This document shows, piece after piece, positions 50,821-58,157 of a stretch of 62,047 bases of DNA. The position numbers and the translations under genes were made by a program. The notes under the pieces are model-generated. The model was not told the DNA's origin, ran no database searches, and was given only the letters and a program-made list of their open reading frames with translations. Source of the DNA: a virus (lineage: Duplodnaviria > Caudoviricetes); IMG/VR virus record IMGVR_UViG_3300032239_001225, positions 1 to 62,047 of that record; one strand, written 5' to 3'. Positions within the stretch are counted from its first letter, which is position 1. The number at the start of each line of letters is the position of its first letter.

Positions 50821-50821
50821 T

Positions 50822-50851
50822 TTGACAGCAATATAAACAATTTGATATAAT
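50822..50851 (+). promoter_or_regulatory. Sigma-A promoter TTGACA-N18-TATAAT with extended TG
   Basis: Consensus upstream of hsp20. Confidence 0.75.
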
Positions 50852-50856
50852 ATACA

Positions 50857-50914
50857 TGAATTGCTTTCGGGGATTCAAAAATCTAACTAACTTGCTGAAA
50901 AGGAGCTAAGTATA
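50857..50914 (+). promoter_or_regulatory. ROSE-like RNA thermometer 5' UTR
   Basis: CUUGCU-GAAA-AGGAG hairpin pairing the SD with a bulged G; upstream hairpin with UUCG loop. Confidence 0.6.
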
Positions 50915-51403
50915 ATGACACATTTAAAACCTTATGGATGGGATGAATATGAAGTCCATCAAACAAAAAAAACAACACCAACACAATATAACCCATTTGC
51001 AACAATTGAAGCATGGTTTAATGATCCATTCTTTTTGGGATTCCATGATCAATTTTCAAGATGGAATACTAATAAGGTAGCAACCTCTACATTCCCACCT
51101 TACAATGTTAAGAAAATTGATGAGGACAACTATATTGTTGAACTTGCAATTGCGGGATATGAGCGTGAAGACATTGATGTAACAGTAGATAAAGATACAT
51201 TAATTATCAAGAGTGAACGTGAGAATGATGATAAGGCAGATTACCTTCATAAGGGTATTGCTGGACGTAATTTTACACAAACATTCACCCTTGGTGAGTA
51301 TATGATTGTTAAATCTGCTGCACTTGATAATGGATTGTTAACTGTTAAAATTGAACGGGAACTTCCAGAGTCTGTTAAGCCTAGACAAATCAAGATCAAG
51401 TAA
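50915..51403 (+). CDS. Small heat shock protein (Hsp20/IbpA-like)
   Basis: FPPYN, ELAIAG, YLHKGIAGRNF and A.LDNGLL.V...R..PE..KPR.I.I. Confidence 0.93.
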   Translation: MTHLKPYGWDEYEVHQTKKTTPTQYNPFATIEAWFNDPFFLGFHDQFSRWNTNKVATSTFPPYNVKKIDEDNYIVELAIAGYEREDIDVTVDKDTLIIKSERENDDKADYLHKGIAGRNFTQTFTLGEYMIVKSAALDNGLLTVKIERELPESVKPRQIKIK

Positions 51404-51417
51404 GATATAATGTATAT

Positions 51418-51442
51418 GCAGGCTCTCATTGTGGGAGCCTGC
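51418..51442 (+). promoter_or_regulatory. 11-bp hairpin between hsp20 and the next ORF
   Basis: GCAGGCTCTCA-TTG-TGGGAGCCTGC just after a TATAAT box; no U-tract. Confidence 0.45.
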
Positions 51443-51460
51443 TCTAAACAAAGGATATAT

Positions 51461-51583
51461 ATGCCAAGCAATACAGATAAGATCAAGAAAGCTTTAGAAA
51501 TTCGTATTAAGAATCACAAGGGTCCAGGCGGTAAAGTTCCAGGGTCTATGAACAAAAAAAAGACTGGCTACGCTAAACCATAA
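51461..51583 (+). CDS. Small basic protein (40 aa, not in track)
   Basis: AAGGA SD; MPSNTDKIKKALEIRIKNHKGPGGKVPGSMNKKKTGYAKP. Confidence 0.5.
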   Translation: MPSNTDKIKKALEIRIKNHKGPGGKVPGSMNKKKTGYAKP

Positions 51584-51604
51584 AAACAATGTATAATTAG
51601 TTAT

Positions 51605-51856
51605 ATGTGGAACAAAATCTCAACATATGCTAGAAGATACCCTGCGAGAATATCGGGATATACTTCCGCATTAATTTTGTGGGGACATAAATATTTTTCG
51701 GGCAAACTTGTTGATCTATTAATACCTTCAATTATGTTTATGATTGGTATGGGGGAAATGGCTCAAAGAGCAGAAAATAAAAAGACAATAAAAGCACTTT
51801 ATACTGATAATGATCCACATAGATCAGATGAAGAAATAATTAAGGATATTATATGA
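51605..51856 (+). CDS. Small membrane protein
   Basis: Two moderately hydrophobic segments; ATG 7 nt after TATAAT. Confidence 0.55.
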   Translation: MWNKISTYARRYPARISGYTSALILWGHKYFSGKLVDLLIPSIMFMIGMGEMAQRAENKKTIKALYTDNDPHRSDEEIIKDII

Positions 51857-52296
51857 ACGAGCAAGATTTGATTGACGCTTTAAAAACATTAAAATCAATG
51901 GTTGTAAAAATGTATGTTCAATCTCACGGATATCATTGGAATGTAGAAGGATCTAATTTTCCACAATACCACAAGTTTCTTTTAAAAATTTATTCAGATG
52001 TATATGAGTCTATTGATCCAATTGCAGAAAATATTCGTAAATTAGGTGCAAAAGCACCATTTGGATTAAAGTCTTGGCAAGAAGGCAGCAAATTAGAAAT
52101 TAATGATTCAGAAAATCTTGATGCAAGGACTATGCTTCAAGAATTAGTACAAACTAATACAGTTGTTCTTGCAATGTTAAAAAGAACCTACGACATATCT
52201 AATGAATTAGATGAACAAGGTATATGTAACTTTTTAGCAGGAAGAATTGAGCAGCATAAATTCTGGCAATGGCAATTGACAAGCACTTTAAAGTAG
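51853..52296 (+). CDS. dps: Dps/ferritin-like DNA protection protein
   Basis: HGYHWNVEG..F..YH, D.IAE.IR.LG and H.F..WQL. Confidence 0.9.
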   Translation: MNEQDLIDALKTLKSMVVKMYVQSHGYHWNVEGSNFPQYHKFLLKIYSDVYESIDPIAENIRKLGAKAPFGLKSWQEGSKLEINDSENLDARTMLQELVQTNTVVLAMLKRTYDISNELDEQGICNFLAGRIEQHKFWQWQLTSTLK

Positions 52297-52304
52297 TATA
52301 GAAT
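52276..52304 (+). promoter_or_regulatory. Sigma-A promoter TTGACA-N17-TAGAAT
   Basis: Consensus upstream of tRNA-Lys and tRNA-Arg. Confidence 0.65.
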
Positions 52305-52320
52305 ACAACTACAACTTGAT

Positions 52321-52352
52321 AAGGGGCACTAGAAATAGTGCCTCTTGTGTTT
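52321..52352 (+). terminator. Hairpin (terminator or tRNA leader stem)
   Basis: AAGGGGCACTA-GAAA-TAGTGCCTCTT with a weak T-tract. Confidence 0.5.
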
Positions 52353-52425
52353 GTCCTTATAGCTCAGTCGGTAGAGCAGCAGACTTTTAATCTGCGGGTC
52401 GTTGGTTCGAATCCAACTGGGGACA
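52353..52425 (+). tRNA. tRNA-Lys (TTT)
   Basis: GTCCTTA/TGGGGAC acceptor, GCAGA-CTTTTAA-TCTGC, TTCGAAT. Confidence 0.92.
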
Positions 52426-52426
52426 C

Positions 52427-52498
52427 GCCTCTGTAGCTCAGCGGAAGAGCGTACGGTTTCTACCCGTCAGGCCAGGAGTTCGAATCTCTTCAGGGGCA
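52427..52498 (+). tRNA. tRNA-Arg (TCT)
   Basis: GCCTCTG/CAGGGGC acceptor, ACGG-TTTCTAC-CCGT, TTCGAAT. Confidence 0.88.
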
Positions 52499-52531
52499 CG
52501 TAAGAAAACAACTACTAACAGAAAGAGTAAA

Positions 52532-53416
52532 ATGAAAAAGTTAATCTTAGCAGTAATGATTGCAACAAGTTTAATTCCAGTATCAGCCAATGCAGATGTA
52601 CCAAATACAAACATTGCAATTATTGATACAGGTTATGATGCTTCAGTTGCACAATTTTCAGGAAAGATTGTATATGAAGTTTGTTTCACAAACAACTATT
52701 GTCCTAATGGTAAGTCCTTTCAAGAAGGAACAGGGTCTGCAGTATTAACACCTGCACAACTAACAGCAAAAGATGCTACGCATGGAACACAGATGTTATC
52801 TGCATCAATTGCAACAAACCCTAATACAAAGTTTGTTTATATTCGTGCTTACGGAATTAATAATGGTGTGTTAAATTCACCAGTAGATGCTGATTTTATT
52901 ACCATGCTTAGCTGGATTAATAATAATAAGACAAAGTTTAATATTGGTGCGGTTGTATGGAGTGGTGCTCGTCATATTACTACAGCATGTCCTGTAAATG
53001 ATCCAATTACAGCAGCAGTAATCAATCTTAACAATAATGGCATCCCAGTAATTTCTGCAGCAGGTAATGATTATGACTATGTTCACGTATCATTCCCCGC
53101 TTGCTTGCAACCAATTATTGCAGTAGGCTCAATTGACGCTTACGGACATGCACTTTACAGTAATGCTGGAAAAGATCTTGATTTTGATGCAATGGGAACT
53201 ATGACGGTTTCAAATGGCGGGACAGCAAAGATCCAATCAGTAGGAACTTCACTAGCAGCACAGGTATTTGCAGCATCTTGGATTGCAATTAAACAAGCAA
53301 AGCCAACACTTAGCTATCAGCAAGAATATGCTTTAATCCAAAACACACAAACTACCTCAAAAAACGTATATGTAAAAAATATACCTACGCTTAATTTGGC
53401 TGGGTCTCTAAAGTAA
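52532..53416 (+). CDS. Secreted subtilisin-like serine protease (S8)
   Basis: Signal peptide; IAIIDTG (Asp), HGT (His), AAGN oxyanion, GTS.AA (Ser). Confidence 0.88.
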   Translation: MKKLILAVMIATSLIPVSANADVPNTNIAIIDTGYDASVAQFSGKIVYEVCFTNNYCPNGKSFQEGTGSAVLTPAQLTAKDATHGTQMLSASIATNPNTKFVYIRAYGINNGVLNSPVDADFITMLSWINNNKTKFNIGAVVWSGARHITTACPVNDPITAAVINLNNNGIPVISAAGNDYDYVHVSFPACLQPIIAVGSIDAYGHALYSNAGKDLDFDAMGTMTVSNGGTAKIQSVGTSLAAQVFAASWIAIKQAKPTLSYQQEYALIQNTQTTSKNVYVKNIPTLNLAGSLK

Positions 53417-53473
53417 TAGAGTGTATAATAAGCATAGAGGAAGTTTTTGAGTCACTAATTTAGGGAGAATAAA

Positions 53474-54025
53474 ATGGGAGCAGCAAAACCAGTTCCACCA
53501 GTTACTGGAGCAAAAGAAGGATCAGCAGCACGATTTGTTGAAATTGCAAGATCGCAAATTGGCGTTATTGAAGGTCCAAAAGATAATGAAACAGATTTTG
53601 GTAAGTTTACAAAGCATGATGGACAACCTTGGTGTGGAAGCTTTATGATGTGGTGCGGATCACAATCAAAAGTAAAATTATTTGATGTAGTTTCTACAAT
53701 TGCGGGTGCAGAAGCATATAAAAAAGCAGGAAAGTGGACGGATGCAAAAGATGCAACCCCAAAGCCAGGAGATTTAATCTTCTTCCACTTTGCAGCAGAA
53801 GCAAAGCCAACAGATCAGATTCAACACGTTGGTGTTGTCGTTAAAGACAATGGCGATGGAACAATTGTAACTGTTGAGGGAAATACAAGTCCAGACTCAA
53901 AGCCAGCAGGATCTGCAGCAAATGGCGGAGAAGTTGCAATGAATGTTCGTGGATATAAAGTTGGCAACAAGCGTGGCAAGTGGGCTGTTGTTGTAGGCTT
54001 TGGTCATCCAGACTACACAGCATAA
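53474..54025 (+). CDS. CHAP-domain peptidoglycan hydrolase
   Basis: QPWCGSF, PKPGDL.FF, HVGVV and TVEGNT. Confidence 0.85.
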   Translation: MGAAKPVPPVTGAKEGSAARFVEIARSQIGVIEGPKDNETDFGKFTKHDGQPWCGSFMMWCGSQSKVKLFDVVSTIAGAEAYKKAGKWTDAKDATPKPGDLIFFHFAAEAKPTDQIQHVGVVVKDNGDGTIVTVEGNTSPDSKPAGSAANGGEVAMNVRGYKVGNKRGKWAVVVGFGHPDYTA

Positions 54026-54032
54026 GGTTAAA

Positions 54033-54359
54033 ATGGATTACGATTCTTCTGATGAAAACCATCAAGAACTTATGGAGTATCTTGTTTCAGAGGGTGCTGC
54101 CATAATTGACGGGATAGACGACAATGGAGAAGCAATTTACAGGTTCGATATGGAGATTTTGGAAGAAGTAATGCCAGAATTACATCAAGTTCTTGTACAA
54201 GATATGGACAATATTTTAATTGATTTATATCAAAAAGACTTAATAGAAGTATCTTATGACGAAAATCTAAACGCTCATATGACAGTTTCAGAAGAGGGTA
54301 AAAGAATCCTTGAAGAAAATGGTTTTGATATGAGCAGTTCGGAAGATTATGACTTTTAA
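54033..54359 (+). CDS. Acidic hypothetical protein
   Basis: ATG 54033 after AAGG; track ORF starts at 54000. Confidence 0.6.
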   Translation: MDYDSSDENHQELMEYLVSEGAAIIDGIDDNGEAIYRFDMEILEEVMPELHQVLVQDMDNILIDLYQKDLIEVSYDENLNAHMTVSEEGKRILEENGFDMSSSEDYDF

Positions 54360-54393
54360 GGTATAATTAGACAATAAGGTGGTGATTAAATAA

Positions 54394-54630
54394 ATGGATA
54401 ACAATCAACAGGTATCAGGCAGCGGAACAGAGCAGCCATCAAGCCCAGCACACGTTGCTGAGCAAGCAGGGCCAGACGGAGGTCACGTAACACCTTCAGT
54501 AACAAATCTTGGTGTAAACAACCCTGGAAAGGCAACTACAGCAGGAGCATTCACTGGATCAGATGTTTCAATGACAACCCCACAACATGGTGGCGGTAAT
54601 ATTACAACAACTGAGGCAGGTTCAAAGTAA
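54394..54630 (+). CDS. Small low-complexity protein with a capsid-gene-type leader
   Basis: AATAAGGTGGTGATTAAATAAATG leader; TATAAT upstream. Confidence 0.6.
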   Translation: MDNNQQVSGSGTEQPSSPAHVAEQAGPDGGHVTPSVTNLGVNNPGKATTAGAFTGSDVSMTTPQHGGGNITTTEAGSK

Positions 54631-55298
54631 TGAATACTAAAGAATTTTTTAATGAAGTAGCAGATATGTTAAAAGCAATCGGAACTTCATCTTCAATTAA
54701 TGAAGAGCGTGACGAAAGAAGCGTTGAAAATTATGTTAGAGGAAATTCTAACACTAATACAAATAATCAGACAGGAGGTAATACAATAGTGTCAAACACA
54801 ACAGAGCCAGATCCAAAGGGAGACATTGCAGTAACAAAGTCATTCCCAACAGCAGGAGGAGATCATCTTGTTTCACAAGATACTCGTCCAACAGATGGAG
54901 CAACTTCAGTTTCAGATGCACCTAACAGCGAAGCAGTTGTTCCTAATCAGGAAACAATTCCTAGCTCAGCAACCTCAGCAATTGCACCATCACGTCAAGG
55001 TGAAATGCAAAATGCCACAGAAGAAAATATTGCAAAGGCAGCAACTTGCAAAGAGTGCGGTCAAGCACTTCCAGTAGCAAAAGCTGATGAAATCACAAAG
55101 GCAGCAGCATGTGCAGATTGCGGAAAGTCTATGGACTTATGCGATTGCATGGGTAAAGCAGTAGATTCAGAATCTAAGGAAACTCCTGCTGATGAAGCAA
55201 GAGAAACAAAAGATGAGCAAGCTGCAGAAGCAAAAGCAGGAACTGAGAAGCCAATGAAGAAGTCCCTATGGGGCGGAGCATTTGCACCACTTAAGTAA
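54630..55298 (+). CDS. Disordered modular protein, putative internal head protein
   Basis: Repeated xxKA sites, CxxC modules and C-terminal KSLWGGAFAPLK. Confidence 0.6.
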   Translation: MNTKEFFNEVADMLKAIGTSSSINEERDERSVENYVRGNSNTNTNNQTGGNTIVSNTTEPDPKGDIAVTKSFPTAGGDHLVSQDTRPTDGATSVSDAPNSEAVVPNQETIPSSATSAIAPSRQGEMQNATEENIAKAATCKECGQALPVAKADEITKAAACADCGKSMDLCDCMGKAVDSESKETPADEARETKDEQAAEAKAGTEKPMKKSLWGGAFAPLK

Positions 55299-55321
55299 TT
55301 AAATATATACGTATATATTCA

Positions 55322-55354
55322 CATAAGGACGGGAAACCGTTCTTATGTGCTTTT
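55322..55354 (+). terminator. Intrinsic terminator
   Basis: CATAAGGACGG-GAAA-CCGTTCTTATG followed by TGCTTTT. Confidence 0.7.
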
Positions 55355-55367
55355 AAGAAAGGAAAAC

Positions 55368-55733
55368 ATGAGAGTATTAGTTTTTGGGTCAAAAGACTAT
55401 GAAGATTATAATGAGTTTATGAGACAAATTACTGTTTTGATTGATGATAGAAAGCATTGGTTTCCAGAAGATAAAGAATACCTTTTTGTTCATAAAGGAA
55501 TAAGGGGTGCTGAAAATATGGTTACTGAATATATTGGTAAGGTAGAAAAGTTAATACGTCAAAATGGATACAAGATTAAAGAAGAGATTGTAAGAGATAA
55601 GTCTTCTTTTTCTGATGTTACAATGATTGAATCTACCCCAGATTTTGCACTTATATTTGGTAAATCACCTAGAAATACCGCTTGTATTAACCTATTGGAA
55701 TCATATGGCGTTCCATTTAGGCATGTAGAATAA
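55368..55733 (+). CDS. SLOG/YspA-like (DUF2493-like) protein
   Basis: MRVLVFGSKD..DY ... H.G.RGAE ... PD.ALIFG. Confidence 0.6.
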   Translation: MRVLVFGSKDYEDYNEFMRQITVLIDDRKHWFPEDKEYLFVHKGIRGAENMVTEYIGKVEKLIRQNGYKIKEEIVRDKSSFSDVTMIESTPDFALIFGKSPRNTACINLLESYGVPFRHVE

Positions 55734-55735
55734 GC

Positions 55736-55765
55736 TTGACACTATCGTATTAATAATGATACAAT
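55736..55765 (+). promoter_or_regulatory. Sigma-A promoter TTGACA-N18-TACAAT with extended TG
   Basis: Consensus upstream of groES. Confidence 0.65.
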
Positions 55766-55797
55766 AGTATAAATGTCCCTACTAACAAAGGAAAATA

Positions 55798-56103
55798 ATG
55801 ACTAATGTCGAACCGCTAGGCAGTTTGATTTTAATTAAAGAAATAGAAGAAACCGATAAGACTACTAAATCTGGTCTTGTTATTGCTGCCACATTTATTG
55901 ATAATGCATTAAAGCGTGGCACTGTTGTAAAAGTTGGTCTAGGAGATTACGATAATGCGGGAAATCATCATGATATCCCTCTAAAAGCAGATGATGTGAT
56001 TATCTATTCAGCAAATCATGCAACAGAGTTTGAAGATACAAATGGAGATAAATATTTCTTCATTAACTGGAGACAACTATTCGGAATGGAAAACAATGCC
56101 TAA
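55798..56103 (+). CDS. groES: GroES-like co-chaperonin
   Basis: PLG..ILI, TKSGLVI mobile loop and G.VVKVG.G. Confidence 0.85.
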   Translation: MTNVEPLGSLILIKEIEETDKTTKSGLVIAATFIDNALKRGTVVKVGLGDYDNAGNHHDIPLKADDVIIYSANHATEFEDTNGDKYFFINWRQLFGMENNA

Positions 56104-56326
56104 GATCACTTTAAATTACGATGAAGCAAACAAGTTTGTGGAGAAGAACAAGAAGAATGGCTTTTTTTGGGATGGATACACCATTGTAAAATGGACTCCA
56201 GGCTCAAATGGTTACATGCAAAAAAATGGCATGTATCGAAATAATCAGTGGGGGTATTCTTCAAAGTATGATTTTGACTCCAATGGCATGTGGAATTTAA
56301 GTGATAAATATGCCAAATTTATTTAA
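56096..56326 (+). CDS. Hypothetical protein
   Basis: ATG 56096 overlaps the groES end; FWDGY.IV motif. Confidence 0.55.
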   Translation: MPKITLNYDEANKFVEKNKKNGFFWDGYTIVKWTPGSNGYMQKNGMYRNNQWGYSSKYDFDSNGMWNLSDKYAKFI

Positions 56327-56645
56327 CCAACTTGGATTAGACGAGCAAGATATTAAATGGTATCATCTTGCAGCATGTATTAATATGACAACTAACCCTA
56401 AGTTTGATTGGTTTTATGATCTTTATGAATCAGATAAAGAAACAGCAAAACAAGTTGATCAAATTTGTTTACATTGTCCAGTAATTAAACAGTGCTATCA
56501 AGAAGGTGTATCTAATAAAGAAAAAGGTGTTTGGGGCGGAATCTACTTAGATTTAGGTAGAACTGACAAACAAAACAATGAACATAAAACTCCAGAAATA
56601 TGGAAAGAGTTAAAGAAACTTCATGGCAATAAAATACACGGTTGA
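56310..56645 (+). CDS. whiB: WhiB-family Fe-S transcription factor
   Basis: W...AAC ... IC..CPV..QC ... GVWGG. Confidence 0.9.
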   Translation: MPNLFNQLGLDEQDIKWYHLAACINMTTNPKFDWFYDLYESDKETAKQVDQICLHCPVIKQCYQEGVSNKEKGVWGGIYLDLGRTDKQNNEHKTPEIWKELKKLHGNKIHG

Positions 56646-56901
56646 GATGGCAAAAAAGCTGAGAGGGATAAAGCCTCCAGTTAAAAACCTAATCTTAGAC
56701 ATAAGAGCAAGACCTAATTATCTTGCATTAACTGTGTATGAAAGCAACATTATGGAATACAATGAGTCTGAAAGAATGCAGGTAATGGAATACTTATTAC
56801 TTGTTAGACAATTAATTCAATCTTTTGAAACACCATGTGAAATAGAAGGGATGAAGTATACTGATGAGCAAGCAAGAAAACAACGAAGACAGCAGTCCTG
56901 A
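56623..56901 (+). CDS. Hypothetical protein
   Basis: Coupled ORF. Confidence 0.55.
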   Translation: MAIKYTVEMAKKLRGIKPPVKNLILDIRARPNYLALTVYESNIMEYNESERMQVMEYLLLVRQLIQSFETPCEIEGMKYTDEQARKQRRQQS

Positions 56902-57094
56902 AAACACTATAACGTATGTCTATGTGCCAGATGAGCAATTATATGGTACAGTTATTCAATACGGTGCTTGGGCATCTTTAATTGAATACTATGACATTGG
57001 GATAAAGTATACTATTGAAATTCCTAATGATGAGTTTATTGTTGTAGATGAAATTGGAATCGGATATCTAGAAGAAACGGAAAAAGATTTATAA
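56864..57094 (+). CDS. Hypothetical protein
   Basis: Coupled acidic ORF. Confidence 0.55.
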   Translation: MSKQENNEDSSPENTITYVYVPDEQLYGTVIQYGAWASLIEYYDIGIKYTIEIPNDEFIVVDEIGIGYLEETEKDL

Positions 57095-57324
57095 TGCTAT
57101 GTTATTCATGTGGTAAACAAAAAAATGAACTTCAGCCAAAGAAGTCAGAGATTATGGATGGCGTGACATTGTTTATGTGCCAGTTATGCCTAGACTCTAA
57201 GTTTGAGCCTAGATGGGTTATCATCCTTTGCGGTAGACAAAATGGTGCTGAGTCTGTTAGAGATTATATAATTAAGCGTCGTTATGTTGGAAGAACAATT
57301 GATGCTGAGGAGCTGATTGCATAA
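57094..57324 (+). CDS. Zinc-finger hypothetical protein
   Basis: CxxC...CxxC. Confidence 0.6.
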   Translation: MLCYSCGKQKNELQPKKSEIMDGVTLFMCQLCLDSKFEPRWVIILCGRQNGAESVRDYIIKRRYVGRTIDAEELIA

Positions 57325-57630
57325 ATGTTAAAGATCAGTAATGATATGGAAGAAATCATTAATCAGGATAATGCAATAGTGTATTTTAGTGCAGAATGGT
57401 GTGGTCCTTGTAAGCAACTAAAGCCACAGTATGCAAAAGCAGCGGTAATTGATAAAGATACACTCTATTATGTTGTTGATGTTGACAAGATTGACTCAAA
57501 GTATTTAAATGAATATGGAATTCAAAGTATTCCACAGATTTTTGAAATGAATAAAGGAAAGATAAGTAAGAAAATAAAAGGTAAAACGTCAAATGATATT
57601 TTGACAGAAATGGGTAAAAATGAAGGTTAG
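57325..57630 (+). CDS. trxA: Thioredoxin
   Basis: FSAEWCGPCK and IQSIP. Confidence 0.92.
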   Translation: MLKISNDMEEIINQDNAIVYFSAEWCGPCKQLKPQYAKAAVIDKDTLYYVVDVDKIDSKYLNEYGIQSIPQIFEMNKGKISKKIKGKTSNDILTEMGKNEG

Positions 57631-58144
57631 AGTCACTACTTTAGCATTACTTGCTATGATTTCAGTTGCAGGAATTGCAAATGCATCAACACCAGACTGG
57701 GTTTTGCCAAATGCAAAGATAACTCCAGGAGTACTTAATACTGCTGTTACACAAGCAAATATTAAAGATAATGTTTGTAAAGCTAATTGGACATCAACAA
57801 TTCGCCCAACAGTCGCATACACAAACAAATTAAAAACAACTCAGATGGCTGGAGATTATAAGTATCTTCAAGCACAATTTGGTGCTTTGCCAAGTGCATA
57901 TGAAGAAGATCATTTGATCTCCCTTCAATTAGGTGGTAATCCAACAGATCCAAAAAATCTTTGGCCTCAACCATATGCTGGAAATAATGCACGTAAAAAA
58001 GATGTTGTTGAGTCAGCATTAAAGCGTTTAGTATGTGCGGGAACATTAAAGTTAGCTGATGCACAAAAAGCTATTCTTAATTGGCCTGTAGCATATAAGA
58101 AATATGTAACATCAAAAGATGTTGCAGATACTTCAGACAACTAA
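57620..58144 (+). CDS. Secreted HNH-like protein
   Basis: Signal peptide; YEEDHLISL.LGG.P....NLWPQ. Confidence 0.65.
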   Translation: MKVRVTTLALLAMISVAGIANASTPDWVLPNAKITPGVLNTAVTQANIKDNVCKANWTSTIRPTVAYTNKLKTTQMAGDYKYLQAQFGALPSAYEEDHLISLQLGGNPTDPKNLWPQPYAGNNARKKDVVESALKRLVCAGTLKLADAQKAILNWPVAYKKYVTSKDVADTSDN

Positions 58145-58157
58145 TTAAAAGGATAAA

